Notes: generated from the letters alone by a model not told the origin. DNA of 64,000 bases from an uncultured Alphaproteobacteria bacterium (GCA_963735465.1 CAVTLA010000002.1:426069-490068), one strand, 5' to 3'. Positions 29,307 to 39,132 are shown, counted from the first letter of the stretch. Made by a program: numbers and translations.

Positions 29307-30536
29307 ATGTCCATGCTGTCGCCGCTGGCGCCTGCCCGCTTCCCGCATCTGCCGCCGTTGGCTGGCGTCAAGCTGGCGAGCGCCGCCTGCGGCATCCGCT
29401 ACCAGGGCCGCGACGACCTCATGGTGGCGGTGCTGGAGCCCGGCACCGCGGTTGCCGGCGTCTTCACGCGCTCGCAGACTCCGGGCGCGCCGGTGGACTG
29501 GTGCCGGAAATGCCTGCCCCACCGCATCGCCCGGGCGATCGTGGTGAACTCCGGCAATTCCAACGTTTTCACCGGCCGCGCCGGCCGCAAGGTGGTGGAA
29601 GCCACCGCCAAGACCGCGGCGAAGCTGGTGAAGTGCCGGCCGAACGAGGTCTATATCGCCTCCACCGGCGTGATCGGCGAGCCGCCGCCGGCGGAAAAGA
29701 TCCTGGCGGGACTGCCCGGCGCCTTCGCCGCGGCCGCGCCCGGCCATTGGCCCCAGGCGGCGCGGGCGATCATGACCACCGATACCTTCCCCAAGGGCGC
29801 CACGCAGACGGCGAAGATCGACGGCACGACGGTGACCATCAACGGTTTCGCCAAGGGCTCCGGCATGATCGCGCCGGACATGGCGACCATGCTGGTCTAT
29901 CTCTTCACCGACGCGGCGATCGCCGCGCCGGCACTGCAGCGCCTTCTCACCGAGACCAACGAGATCTCCTTCAACTCGATCACCGTCGACGGAGATACCT
30001 CCACCAGCGACACCGTGCTGCTCTGCGCCACGGGAAAGGCACCGCACAAGAAAGTGATGCGTGCCGCCGATCCCCGCCTCAAGAGCTTCAAGGCGGCGCT
30101 CAAGGCCGTCATGGTGGATCTTGCCCAGCAGGTGGTGCGCGACGGCGAGGGCGCGGAGAAGTTCGTCGCCATCGAGGTGAAAGGCGCGGTCTCCGATCTC
30201 TCGGCGCGCCGCATCGGCCTCGCCATCGGCAACTCACCTTTGGTCAAGACCGCGCTCGCCGCCAGCGACGCCAATTGGGGCCGCATCGTGATGGCGATCG
30301 GCAAGGCCGGCGAGAAGGCGGATCGCGACCGTCTCAAGATCTCCGTCGGCGGCATCAAGATCGCCGAGAAGGGCGGCCCGGTGCCGAACTACGACGAGGC
30401 GCCGGTGACCGAGCACATGAAGGGGCGCGAGATCTCCATGACCATCGAGCTCGGCCTCGGCAAGGGCCGCGCCACGGTGTGGACCTGCGACCTCACGCAT
30501 CGCTACATCGACATCAATGGCAGCTACCGGAGCTGA
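29307..30536 (+). CDS. argJ: bifunctional glutamate N-acetyltransferase / amino-acid acetyltransferase
   Basis: 409 aa from ATG 29307. Blocks: [28 protein letters not shown] (autoprocessing ATML site), and the C-terminal INGSYRS. Confidence 0.95.
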   Translation: MSMLSPLAPARFPHLPPLAGVKLASAACGIRYQGRDDLMVAVLEPGTAVAGVFTRSQTPGAPVDWCRKCLPHRIARAIVVNSGNSNVFTGRAGRKVVEATAKTAAKLVKCRPNEVYIASTGVIGEPPPAEKILAGLPGAFAAAAPGHWPQAARAIMTTDTFPKGATQTAKIDGTTVTINGFAKGSGMIAPDMATMLVYLFTDAAIAAPALQRLLTETNEISFNSITVDGDTSTSDTVLLCATGKAPHKKVMRAADPRLKSFKAALKAVMVDLAQQVVRDGEGAEKFVAIEVKGAVSDLSARRIGLAIGNSPLVKTALAASDANWGRIVMAIGKAGEKADRDRLKISVGGIKIAEKGGPVPNYDEAPVTEHMKGREISMTIELGLGKGRATVWTCDLTHRYIDINGSYRS

Positions 30537-30939
30537 AACGGTCCCTGTCGTTCTCGTCGTGGCGGTGGCGCTCGTCGATGCGGACGGGCGCGTGCTGCTG
30601 GCCCAGCGCCCGGATGGCAAGTCGATGGCCGGGCTCTGGGAGTTTCCCGGCGGCAAGGTCGACGGCAGCGAGACGCCGGAGACGGCGCTCATCCGCGAGC
30701 TCAAGGAAGAGCTCGGCATCGACGTCACCGAGAGCTGCCTGGCGCCGCTCACCTTCGCGTCCCATCGCTACGAGCGGTTTCATCTGCTGATGCCGCTCTA
30801 TATCTGCCGGCGCTGGCAGGGCACGGTCACGCCCCTCGAGGGCCAGACCCTCTCCTGGGTGCGGCCGTCCCGTATGACGGCGTACCCCATGCCGCCGGCG
30901 GACAAGCCGCTGGTCGCGGTGCTGCGGGACCTGCTCTAA
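30517..30939 (+). CDS. mutT: 8-oxo-dGTP diphosphatase (NUDIX)
   Basis: 140 aa. Nudix box: [30 protein letters not shown]. It overlaps the argJ 3' end by 20 nt. Confidence 0.85.
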   Translation: MAATGAETVPVVLVVAVALVDADGRVLLAQRPDGKSMAGLWEFPGGKVDGSETPETALIRELKEELGIDVTESCLAPLTFASHRYERFHLLMPLYICRRWQGTVTPLEGQTLSWVRPSRMTAYPMPPADKPLVAVLRDLL

Positions 30940-31189
30940 GCCGTCCGCCGCTGCACCGGCGCATCGCCGTGCCGCGTCCATGCATCACGGTTTCGCGACC
31001 CGGCCCGCGCATCACCGCAATGTGAAAAACTCATAGCGGCCAAAGGCTTCGGACTGCCTATATGACCACGTGCGGCCGGGAATAAGTGCGGCCCGCAGGG
31101 TGTCGATTTGATAACCGGCCGAGGGAGCCGCAAGCGAGGTCCAGACCTCGCCTGGGCTGGTCGGCGAGTGATCCACGCCACAGGGGGAA

Positions 31190-31630
31190 GTGACGGAGGG
31201 GTGCATGCTGCGCCCTCAGTCATTCGAATATTTGGTTAACGCCGCGGGCGCCGCCCGGCGGCAAACAGGAGAGATCGTCGTGACGCTATCGGAAGTCGGC
31301 ACCATCCGGACTCGCGCGAAGAAGCAGGCCGAAGCCCGGTCGCAGCCCAGAAAGATCGTCGGGACCGCAGCGCCGGCGGGCACCATCAGGAGTCGCTTGA
31401 TGAGCAGGTACCAGAATTCCACCTGGACCATGGGACGCGAGATCCTGGTGACCTGGCTCATTGCCGCAGCTGTCGTGACGGTGCTGCTGCTGCTGCCAGC
31501 GCAGCAGAGCTCAAGCCTCGACCAGACCTTGAACGCGATCTCGCCGGCATCGGCGGGCGAACAGCCGTCGGAAGATACGGAATTCCCCACCAAGTGCCTG
31601 GAGCGCGACTACGCCAACGAGCGTTGCTGA
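31190..31630 (+). CDS. orphan hypothetical protein with one TM helix
   Basis: 146 aa (alternative ATG 31205). It has one hydrophobic helix (ILVTWLIAAAVVTVLLLL). Codon usage is atypical for the window (AGA, AGG, AGT, TCA, CTA, TTG, AAT). I recognise no family. Confidence 0.35.
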   Translation: MTEGCMLRPQSFEYLVNAAGAARRQTGEIVVTLSEVGTIRTRAKKQAEARSQPRKIVGTAAPAGTIRSRLMSRYQNSTWTMGREILVTWLIAAAVVTVLLLLPAQQSSSLDQTLNAISPASAGEQPSEDTEFPTKCLERDYANERC

Positions 31631-31642
31631 CACGCCCGCGCC

Positions 31643-32554
31643 TTAGAGGCCCGGCTTCTCACCCGCGGATTTCTCCACCGCGCCGAGCGCGTCGGCGAGG
31701 CGCGCGGCGGCGCTGCCGGGCTTCAGCGGCTTGGGCTGGCTCTCGTGGGGCGCCCAGGCGGTGAGCGTCACGATCTCGAAGGTGGCGGGGATGCGTCCGT
31801 CCGCGCCGGCGAAGAGATCGCGATAGATCGCCGCCATGCGCGCGAGCGTCCCGCGCCGCGTGAAGCCGCGCCGGCGGTCGCTGAGCCGCGTTGCTCTCGC
31901 CCATGGCGCGCAGCTCCGACATCAGCGCCACGGCATCGTCGATAGGTAACGGTGACGCGGTCGGTGTCCACCACCGGCAGCGCGAAGCCCGCGCGCTGCA
32001 GCAGCCCCGCGAGGTCGCGCCCGTCCGCCATCGGCGAGACGCGGGGACCGACGCCGCCTTCCTCCTGCGAGCTCCGCCTCGAAGAAGGCGCGGCGCAGCT
32101 CGTGCAGCGTCTCGCCGCCGAGCACCGCCAAAAGCAGCAAGCCGTCGGGCCTGAGCGCGCGGCGCAGTTGGAGGAGTGCGCCCGGCAGATCGTTGGTCCA
32201 GTGCAGCGCCAACGGACTCACCACGAGATCGAAGCTGGCCTCGGCAAATGGCAGCGCCTCGGCTTCCGCCGCGACCCGCGCGCTCGCCCGCGGCGGCGCC
32301 AGGAATGCGGGCGCGTCGTCGCTTTCCACCAGCAGATCGACGCCGCCGCGCTCGGCAAGCGCCGCCTGCATTGCGCCGCGCCGGCTCCCCAGCACCAGCA
32401 CGCGGGAGAATTTCCGCGTCACGTCGTCGAGCCGCTCGATGAGACGCGCCGCCGCTTCCTCGAAGAGGAACTCGGCGGTGCCGATCGCGGCCGCGCGGGC
32501 GCGATGGCGGCGCACCGCCCGCCGATCGAAGACCTGAATTCCCTCGCCCGCCAT
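31643..32554 (-). pseudogene. class I SAM-dependent methyltransferase (Methyltransf_11-type, conserved next to comF/grxC) interrupted by three +1 frameshifts
   Basis: Conserved-looking sequence runs through four frame segments. (1) 32554 to about 32068: ..VLVLGSRRG..PFAEASFDLVVSPLALHWTNDLPGAL..GGETLHELRRAFFEAELA. (2) To about 31940: QEEGGVGPRVSPMADGRDLAGLLQRAGFALPVVDTDRVTVTY. (3) To about 31875: DAVALMSELRAMGESNAAQR. (4) To 31643: GFTRRGTLARMAAIYRDLFAGADGRIPATFEIVTLTAWAPHESQPKPL... Frames 1 and 4 are identical, but that frame has a TGA at 31922-31924. Confidence 0.75.
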
Positions 32555-32630
32555 GGCGCTATTGGGCGCGCGGGGCCGCAAAAGTCAACGCGAGTTGACA
32601 GGTCGCCGGCAGCCGCGCTCCCCTCTTCCG

Positions 32631-33383
32631 ATGGTATCGCTCGCGCCCACCGCCGCCGCGGCCAGACGCTGGGGAACGGCGGCTCTGAACCTGGTGCTGC
32701 CGCCGCGCTGCCTCGCCTGCGGCGAGGAGGTGGAGGCGACCCACGGGCTCTGCGCGCCGTGCTGGCGGAAGCTCACCTTCCTCGCCGAGCCCTGCTGCGC
32801 CTGCTGCGGCCTGCCCTTTCCCTACGAGCTGGGTGCCGGCGCGCTCTGCGGCGCCTGCACGCGGTCACCGCCCGCCTACGACTTCGCCCGGTCGGCGCTG
32901 CGCTACGACGACGGCAGCCGCGGCCTCGTGCTCGGGTTCAAGCACGGGGACCGCCTGCATGGCGCGCCGGCCTATGGCGACTGGATGCGCCGCGCGGCGG
33001 GCATCCTCCTCGCCGACGCCGATTTGCTGATGCCGGTACCGCTGCATCGCCTGCGGCTCCTCGGGCGGCGCTACAACCAGGCCGCCTTGCTCGCCTACGC
33101 CATCGGAAAACCCGGTGGGTTGCGGGTGGCGCCGGACTGGCTGCTCCGCAAGCGCCGCACGCCCTCCCAGGGCGAGTTCGGGCCGGAGGGCCGACGACTC
33201 AACGTGGCGGGCGCCTTCGCCTTGAGGCGCGGTAGATCCGTGAAGGGCCTGTCGGTGGTCCTGGTGGACGACGTGCTCACGACCGGCGCCACGGTGGAGG
33301 AATGCGCCCGCGTGCTGAAGCGCGCCGGGGCGCGTCGGGTCGGCGTATTAACGTTGGCGCGCAGCCTGCGGGCAGGTACTTGA
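32631..33383 (+). CDS. comF: ComF family protein (phosphoribosyltransferase domain)
   Basis: 250 aa from ATG 32631. It has an N-terminal Cys cluster (PPRCLACGEEV..GLCAPCW, CCACCGLPF..CGAC) and the PRTase motif VVLVDDVLTTGAT. Confidence 0.85.
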   Translation: MVSLAPTAAAARRWGTAALNLVLPPRCLACGEEVEATHGLCAPCWRKLTFLAEPCCACCGLPFPYELGAGALCGACTRSPPAYDFARSALRYDDGSRGLVLGFKHGDRLHGAPAYGDWMRRAAGILLADADLLMPVPLHRLRLLGRRYNQAALLAYAIGKPGGLRVAPDWLLRKRRTPSQGEFGPEGRRLNVAGAFALRRGRSVKGLSVVLVDDVLTTGATVEECARVLKRAGARRVGVLTLARSLRAGT

Positions 33384-33435
33384 CAGCGGCGGCCGGACCC
33401 CGACATTGGGAGCAGCAAGCCGAGCGGAGGGGCAT

Positions 33436-33702
33436 ATGGCCCAGGTCGAGATCTACAGCACCTTGTTCTGTCCCTACTGCGCGCGGGCGAAAAGCCTGCT
33501 GGATCGCAAGGGCGTCAAGTACGTCAACATCGACGTCATGGAGGATCCCAGCAAGCGCGACGAGATGCTGAGCCGCGCCGGCGGCCGTACCAGCGTGCCG
33601 CAGATCTTCATCGACGGCGAGCATATCGGCGGCAGCGACGAGCTGGCGGCCCTCGACCGCGCCGGCAAGCTCGATCAGAAGCTCGGGATCGCCAAGCCGT
33701 GA
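33436..33702 (+). CDS. grxC: glutaredoxin 3
   Basis: 88 aa from ATG 33436. Blocks: VEIYSTLFCPYCARAKSLL..TSVPQIFIDGEHIGGSDEL. Confidence 0.95.
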   Translation: MAQVEIYSTLFCPYCARAKSLLDRKGVKYVNIDVMEDPSKRDEMLSRAGGRTSVPQIFIDGEHIGGSDELAALDRAGKLDQKLGIAKP

Positions 33703-34553
33703 GCACGAGCTTCAAGGCGGCCTGCCTGCAGCTCAACTCGGCGCGCGACGTCGAGCCCAACATCGCGAGCCTGCGGGAGCTGGCGCGCCGCGCCCGCGAC
33801 CAGGGCGCCGATCTCATCATGTCGCCGGAAGTGAGCGACATGATCGAGCCCGACCGCGCCCAGCGCTTCGCCAAGGCGCGGACCGAGGCGGATCACCCGA
33901 TGCTGGCGGCCGGGCGCGAGCTGGCGCGGGAGCTGGGCGCACATCTTCTCCTTGGCTCGCTCGTCATCAAGCTCGACGTCGAGGCTCTCGCCAACCGCTC
34001 GTTCCTGATCCGGCCCGACGGCGAGATCGCCGCGCGCTACGACAAGATCCACATGTTCGACGTCGAGCTGCCGAACGGCGAGCGCTACCGGGAATCCGCG
34101 GTGTTTCGCCCTGGCGACAAGACGACGCTGACGCCGCTGCCGTGGGGCGTCCTCGGCATGACCGTCTGCTACGATCTGCGCTTCGCGCAACTCTATCGGG
34201 CGCTGGCTCAGGCGGGCGCCGATTTCCTCACCATCCCCTCGGCCTTCACCGTGCCGACGGGCCGCGCCCATTGGCACGTGCTGATGCGGGCGCGGGCAAT
34301 CGAGACCGGCTGCTTCGTCTTCGCGCCGGCGCAATGGGGCGAGCACGCCAACGGCCGCAAGACCTATGGCCACTCGCTCATGGTGGCGCCCTGGGGCGAG
34401 ATCCTGGCGGAAGCGGAGGACGGCGTCGGCGTCATCGTCGCCGAGATCGATCCCGCCAAGGTGCTGGAAGCGCGCCGCCAGGTGCCCTCGCTCTCCCACG
34501 ACCGCCCCTTCGTGGCGCCCATGGCGCTCAAGAAGTCGCTGGCGGCGGAGTAG
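33699..34553 (+). CDS. carbon-nitrogen hydrolase (Nit-like) family protein
   Basis: 284 aa. The catalytic triad context is present (..SPEVSDM.., ..YDKIHMFDV.., ..GMTVCYDLRF..). The GTG start overlaps the grxC stop. Confidence 0.88.
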   Translation: MSTSFKAACLQLNSARDVEPNIASLRELARRARDQGADLIMSPEVSDMIEPDRAQRFAKARTEADHPMLAAGRELARELGAHLLLGSLVIKLDVEALANRSFLIRPDGEIAARYDKIHMFDVELPNGERYRESAVFRPGDKTTLTPLPWGVLGMTVCYDLRFAQLYRALAQAGADFLTIPSAFTVPTGRAHWHVLMRARAIETGCFVFAPAQWGEHANGRKTYGHSLMVAPWGEILAEAEDGVGVIVAEIDPAKVLEARRQVPSLSHDRPFVAPMALKKSLAAE

Positions 34554-35113
34554 CCGCGCTCGGCAGCGGCGCCTCCTTCGCCTTCACCGCGGCGATGCGC
34601 TGGATCGCCGCCGGGCGCGGCTGATCGACGATCCCCTGCTCGAAGGCGACCACGGTAAGGGCGGAGCCGAATGCCGCCAGCAGCTCGCCCGGGCCGGAGC
34701 AGGAAATCCGGATTGCTGGGACGGCCGAAGCGCTCGTTCCCGATCATGAAGGTCTCGTAGAGCACCGCGCCGCCCGCCGCGAGGGCGTCGACCATGGCGG
34801 GAAACAGCGGCCGGTGAAAATAATTGGTGACGACGATGCCGTCGAATCCCTGGCCGAGACGCCAGGGGCCGCCGTCCTCGAGATCGAGGGCGAGGATCTC
34901 GACGCCGGCATCGTCCGCGAAGCGCCGGCGCAACGCCTCGACATCGCGATCGACGGCCGTCACGGCGAAGCCCCGCGTCCTCAAAAGCTGCGTATGCCGG
35001 CCGCCGCCGGCGGCCAGATCCAGCACCCGGCCGCCCCGGCGAAAGAGGGGAATAAACCTTTCAATCCAAAGGGATGTCGGAACGTCGGCGGGCTGCGGCA
35101 GAGCGCTTGGCAC
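34528..35113 (-). pseudogene. class I SAM-dependent methyltransferase with a +1 frameshift at a CCCGGG run (pseudogene or sequencing indel)
   Basis: The GTG start is at 35113. The N-terminal part ..GGRVLDLAAGGGRHT..VTAVDRD..GIVVTNYFHRPLF..GGAVLYETFMIGNERFGRPSNPDFLLRPG is in one frame. After GCCCGGGCC (34687-34695), the plausible continuation ELLAAFGSALTVVAFEQGIVDQPRPAAIQRIAAVK..* is in the +1 frame and ends at TGA 34528-34530. The uninterrupted 249-aa track ORF would instead run 190 nt into the convergent nit gene with low-complexity Arg/Gly sequence. Confidence 0.7.
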
Positions 35114-35187
35114 TTGAACCCCGAGATTGCTAAACCACCTCTTAACATGTCACAGTCTAGCGTGAGGCACGGGAGTCAAGGTCGCAC

Positions 35188-35589
35188 ATGATCCTGTACA
35201 CACTGCGCTGCGAGGCCGAGCACCAGTTCGAGGCGTGGTTCCGCGACGGCGCCACCTACGATGCCCAGGCGGCGGACGGCGAGATCGCCTGTCCCCATTG
35301 CGGCGGCACCGGCATCGAAAAGGCGCCGATGGCGCCCAGCGTCGCGCGCCCCCGCGCCGAGCCCTCTCCCGCGCAAGTACGCCGGATGCTGCAGCAGGTG
35401 CGCCAGCACGTGGAGACCAACTGCGACTACGTCGGCGACAAGTTCGCCGACGAGGCCCGCGCCATGCACGAAGGCAAGTCCGAGCGCCGCGGCATCTACG
35501 GCGAGGCCAGCGACGAGGAGCATCGCGAGCTCGCCGAGGAGGGGATCGAGGTGCAGCGCATTCCCTGGGTCCCGCCCAACGACGCCTGA
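35188..35589 (+). CDS. DUF1178 family protein
   Basis: 133 aa. MILYTLRCEAEHQFEAWFRDGATYD..CPHCG.. is the DUF1178 signature. Confidence 0.8.
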   Translation: MILYTLRCEAEHQFEAWFRDGATYDAQAADGEIACPHCGGTGIEKAPMAPSVARPRAEPSPAQVRRMLQQVRQHVETNCDYVGDKFADEARAMHEGKSERRGIYGEASDEEHRELAEEGIEVQRIPWVPPNDA

Positions 35590-35679
35590 ACGACATCCCT
35601 TCTCCCTAGTTCTGTAGTTTGACGGCGCCCGATCGATCGGGCAGAACCGGCGCGCGCGCAACAACGACGCTCATACCCC

Positions 35680-36879
35680 ATGCCCAAATTCCGCACCCTC
35701 GACGACATCGATCCCGCCGGCAAGCGCGTGCTGGTGCGCGTCGACCTGAACGTGCCGATGAAGGATGGGCGCGTCACCGACGCCACTCGCATCGAGCGCC
35801 TGGCACCGACGCTCCTCGATCTCGCCGGCAGGGGCGGCAAGGTGATCGTGCTCTCCCATTTCGGACGGCCGAAGGGCAAGCCCGATCCCGCCTTCTCCCT
35901 GAAGCCCCTGGTGGCGCCGCTGAGCCAGGCCCTGGGCGGCCGTCCCGTCGCTTTCGCGGCGGATTGCATCGGTCCCGAGGCCGAGCGCGTGGTGAAGGCG
36001 CTGGCGCCCGGCGGCATCGCGCTCCTGGAGAACCTGCGCTTCCATCCCGAGGAGGAGGCCAACGATCCCGCCTTCGCCAAATCCCTCGCGGCGCTGGGCG
36101 ACCTCTACGTCAATGACGCCTTCTCCGCCGCGCACCGCGCCCACGCCTCCACCGCGGCGCTCGCGCATCTGCTGCCGGCGGCGGCGGGACGGCTTATGCA
36201 GGCGGAACTCGAAGCCTTGGGTGCCGCGCTCGAAACGCCGAAGCGCCCGGTGGCGGCCCTGGTGGGCGGCGCCAAGGTCTCCACCAAGCTCGACCTCCTC
36301 AGCTTCATCGTGAAGAAGGTCGATGTGCTGGCGATCGGCGGCGCCATGGCGAACACGCTGCTCTTCGCCCAGGGCGTCGAGGTCGGCAAATCCCTCTGTG
36401 AGCGCGACATGGCGGAGACCGCCCGCGGCATTCTCGCCGCGGCGAAGGCCGCGGGCTGCACGCTGATGTTGCCGGTGGACGCGGTGGTGGCCCGCGAGTT
36501 CAAGGCCAATGCGGCGACGGAGACCGTGGCGATCGACCGCGTGCCGGCGGATGCCATGATCCTCGACATCGGCCCCCAGACCGTTGCGGCCCTCGGCGCC
36601 AAGCTCGCCGAGTGCAAGACGGTGATCTGGAACGGACCCGTTGGCGCCTTCGAGACGCCGCCCTTCGATCGCGGCACGGTCGCGCTGGCGCGCCGCGTCG
36701 CCGAGCTCACGAAATCCGGCGCGCTCTTGAGCGTGGCCGGCGGCGGCGATACCGTGGCGGCGCTGGCGCAGGCCGGCGTCACGGAGAGTCTCACCTATGT
36801 CTCGACCGCAGGCGGCGCCTTCCTCGAGTGGCTGGAAGGCCGCGAGCTTCCGGGCGTCGCGGCGCTGGCGCGCAACTAG
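35680..36879 (+). CDS. pgk: phosphoglycerate kinase
   Basis: 399 aa. Blocks: [35 protein letters not shown]. Confidence 0.97.
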   Translation: MPKFRTLDDIDPAGKRVLVRVDLNVPMKDGRVTDATRIERLAPTLLDLAGRGGKVIVLSHFGRPKGKPDPAFSLKPLVAPLSQALGGRPVAFAADCIGPEAERVVKALAPGGIALLENLRFHPEEEANDPAFAKSLAALGDLYVNDAFSAAHRAHASTAALAHLLPAAAGRLMQAELEALGAALETPKRPVAALVGGAKVSTKLDLLSFIVKKVDVLAIGGAMANTLLFAQGVEVGKSLCERDMAETARGILAAAKAAGCTLMLPVDAVVAREFKANAATETVAIDRVPADAMILDIGPQTVAALGAKLAECKTVIWNGPVGAFETPPFDRGTVALARRVAELTKSGALLSVAGGGDTVAALAQAGVTESLTYVSTAGGAFLEWLEGRELPGVAALARN

Positions 36880-38089
36880 CAAGGCGATCGCCGTCTTTCT
36901 CCTGAGCGCCGCGCCGGCGTTCGCCGTCGATCAGGCGCCGGGCGAGCGCATCACCATCGATCCGACGCAGCTGCCGCCGCCCTTCGAGACGAAGAGCAGC
37001 TCCAACTCGCCCCGCGAAGTGCGCCGTCCGCCGGACGCCGGCTTGCGCGTACCCGAGGATTTCCGCGCCAATCTCTTCGCCGACAAGCTGAGCCACGCGC
37101 GCTGGCTCGCGGTGGCGCCCAATGGCGACGTGTTCCTGGCGGAGCCCGGCCTTGGCATCATCACGCTGCTGCGCGATGCGAACGGCAGCGGACAGGCGAC
37201 CCTCCGCGCCACCTTCGCCGGCGGTTTCGAGGAGCCGCACGGCATCGCCTTCCGTCCCGGCTACATCTACATCGCCGATATCAGAGCGGTCTGGCGCATT
37301 CCCTATACCGACGGCGACGAGACCGCGCACGGATTGCCGGAGCGCGTGACGCCGCCGGAGGCGCTGGGCGATGGCGGCGGACATTGGACGCGCAACATCG
37401 CCTTCGCGCCGGACGGGCAGCACTTCTACGTCTCGATCGGCTCCAGCAGCAATGTCGCGGAGGATCCGGAGCCGCGCGCCACCGTGCGCGTCTTCAATTC
37501 CGACGGCAGCGGCGGCCGCACCTTCGCCAGCGGACTGCGCAATCCCGTCGGCATCGCCATTGAGCCCGGCACCAACGATCTCTTCGCCGTGGTGAACGAG
37601 CGCGACGGGCTCGGCGACGGGCTGGTGCCGGACTACCTCACCCATCTGCAGGACGGCGGGTTCTACGGCTGGCCCTATTCCTATCTGGGGCAGCATCCGC
37701 AGCCGCGTCTCGCCGAGCGCCGGCCCGATCTGGTCAAGCGGGCGATCGTGCCGGACCTGTTATTCCGTTCCCATTCGGCGCCGCTCGGCCTCGTCTTCTA
37801 TACCGGCACGCAATTCCCGAAGGAGTATCAGGGCGACGCCTTCGTGGCGCTGCATGGCTCCTGGAACAGCGCGAAGCCCACCGGCTACATGGTGGTGCGG
37901 GTGCCGTTCCGGGACGGCCGACCCGCGGGCTACTCCGAGACCTTCGCCAGCGGTTTCTGGGTCGCCGGCGAGACCAGAGCCGAGGTCTGGGGTCGGCCGG
38001 TGGGGCTCGCCATTGCCAAGGACGGCAGCCTGCTGATCGCCGACGACGTCGGCAACACAGTCTGGCGCGTGAGCTTCACCGGCAAGTAA
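36797..38089 (+). CDS. PQQ-dependent sugar (sorbosone/glucose) dehydrogenase-like beta-propeller protein
   Basis: 430 aa. Blocks: [56 protein letters not shown] and [10 protein letters not shown]. The signal-like segment is [15 protein letters not shown]. The only in-frame ATG/GTG/TTG start is ATG 36797, which lies 83 nt inside pgk. Confidence 0.75.
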   Translation: MSRPQAAPSSSGWKAASFRASRRWRATSKAIAVFLLSAAPAFAVDQAPGERITIDPTQLPPPFETKSSSNSPREVRRPPDAGLRVPEDFRANLFADKLSHARWLAVAPNGDVFLAEPGLGIITLLRDANGSGQATLRATFAGGFEEPHGIAFRPGYIYIADIRAVWRIPYTDGDETAHGLPERVTPPEALGDGGGHWTRNIAFAPDGQHFYVSIGSSSNVAEDPEPRATVRVFNSDGSGGRTFASGLRNPVGIAIEPGTNDLFAVVNERDGLGDGLVPDYLTHLQDGGFYGWPYSYLGQHPQPRLAERRPDLVKRAIVPDLLFRSHSAPLGLVFYTGTQFPKEYQGDAFVALHGSWNSAKPTGYMVVRVPFRDGRPAGYSETFASGFWVAGETRAEVWGRPVGLAIAKDGSLLIADDVGNTVWRVSFTGK

Positions 38090-38179
38090 CTGCGCCGGCA
38101 GGGAATTCCCCACCCTATCGCCGCGGGCCGCTTTGGGGTATAATAAGCCGTTGAATTTTAACCATATTCGCAGAATCCA

Positions 38180-38419
38180 GTGATCGATATCCTGCCTGGC
38201 CAGACGATCGCCACGCCCAATCCGGTGCCCCCAGCACCGGTTCTGGGACAGGTGGACCGCGCCCAGGTGGTGGAGCCGGCGCGGCAGGTAACGGCCGCCC
38301 GCCGGGGCGGCGAGACCTCCAGCAAGTCACGCTCGCGGCCCGGCCAAGGCGACGCGCCCCAGAGCAGCGCGAGCCACCGCACCCGGTCTCGCGGCGCTCT
38401 CATCGACGTCACGATCTAG
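38180..38419 (+). CDS. small hypothetical protein (Pro/Arg/Ser-rich)
   Basis: 79 aa from GTG 38180. Third codon positions are strongly G/C-biased in this frame, consistent with coding. An AT-rich TATAAT-containing segment lies just upstream. There is no clear SD and I recognise no family. Confidence 0.35.
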   Translation: MIDILPGQTIATPNPVPPAPVLGQVDRAQVVEPARQVTAARRGGETSSKSRSRPGQGDAPQSSASHRTRSRGALIDVTI

Positions 38420-38484
38420 CGACTGGCCTGGGCCGCGCCGGCCGGGTGCTGGACGCGTGCCGGCATCCTCGCCATGCTCAGGGC

Positions 38485-39030
38485 ATGACGACGGACGCTG
38501 GGGCCCGCGGACCAAGCCTGCTGAAGATCCCGGATGGCGACACGCGCGAGCGCCGGGTCTGCGCCGAGTGCGGCTTCATTGCCTACGAGAATCCGAAGGT
38601 GGTGGTGGGGTCGGTGGTCACGCTGGAGGACCGCATCCTGCTGTGCCGCCGCGCGATCGAGCCGCGGCTCGGCTACTGGACGCTGCCCGCCGGGTATCTC
38701 GAGCTCAATGAATCCACCGCCGCGGGTGCGGAGCGCGAGGCCTATGAGGAGGCCCGCGCCCGGATCGCCATCGAGGGACTGTTGGCGGTCTACGACATCC
38801 CGCGCATCAGCCAGGTTCAGGTCATCTATCGCGCGCGCCTCGCCGATCCCCACGTGGAGCCCGGACCCGAGAGCCTGGAGGTGCGGCTCTTCCACTGGGA
38901 CGAGATTCCCTGGAGCGACCTGGCCTTCCCGTCCGTGCACTGGGCCCTCGATCACTTCCGCGACTGGCGCGACACCGGCAACCACCGCACCCGGGCCAAC
39001 CCGCCAGGCAAGACCGGTGCGGGCGAGTAG
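38485..39030 (+). CDS. NUDIX hydrolase with N-terminal zinc-ribbon-like motif
   Basis: 181 aa from ATG 38485. Blocks: [12 protein letters not shown], and the Nudix box [30 protein letters not shown]. Confidence 0.82.
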   Translation: MTTDAGARGPSLLKIPDGDTRERRVCAECGFIAYENPKVVVGSVVTLEDRILLCRRAIEPRLGYWTLPAGYLELNESTAAGAEREAYEEARARIAIEGLLAVYDIPRISQVQVIYRARLADPHVEPGPESLEVRLFHWDEIPWSDLAFPSVHWALDHFRDWRDTGNHRTRANPPGKTGAGE

Positions 39031-39132
39031 CAAGCCAGAAGCCGGTTGCATCGGTCTTCCGCCTCCCCGATCATGGCCGCAAGCAAAACGCAGGCAGCGA
39101 GCAATGCCGCCGCAGCAACGGGGAGAGACCGG

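Noticed and set aside
31147-31158. A CGCCTGGGC motif reminiscent of the 3' pseudoknot strand of the ZTP (pfl) riboswitch, upstream of the orphan ORF.
   Set aside because: I could not find the 5' sub-domain (a GACTGGCG-type element) or a matching helix architecture. A single 9-mer is not evidence. An Rfam scan would settle it.
34364-35113. The uninterrupted 249-aa ORF taken as the intact methyltransferase.
   Set aside because: Its last roughly 85 residues are Arg/Gly-rich nonsense and overlap the convergent nit gene by 190 nt. A +1 shift at the CCCGGG run yields a plausible C-terminus with a normal 26-nt convergent overlap.
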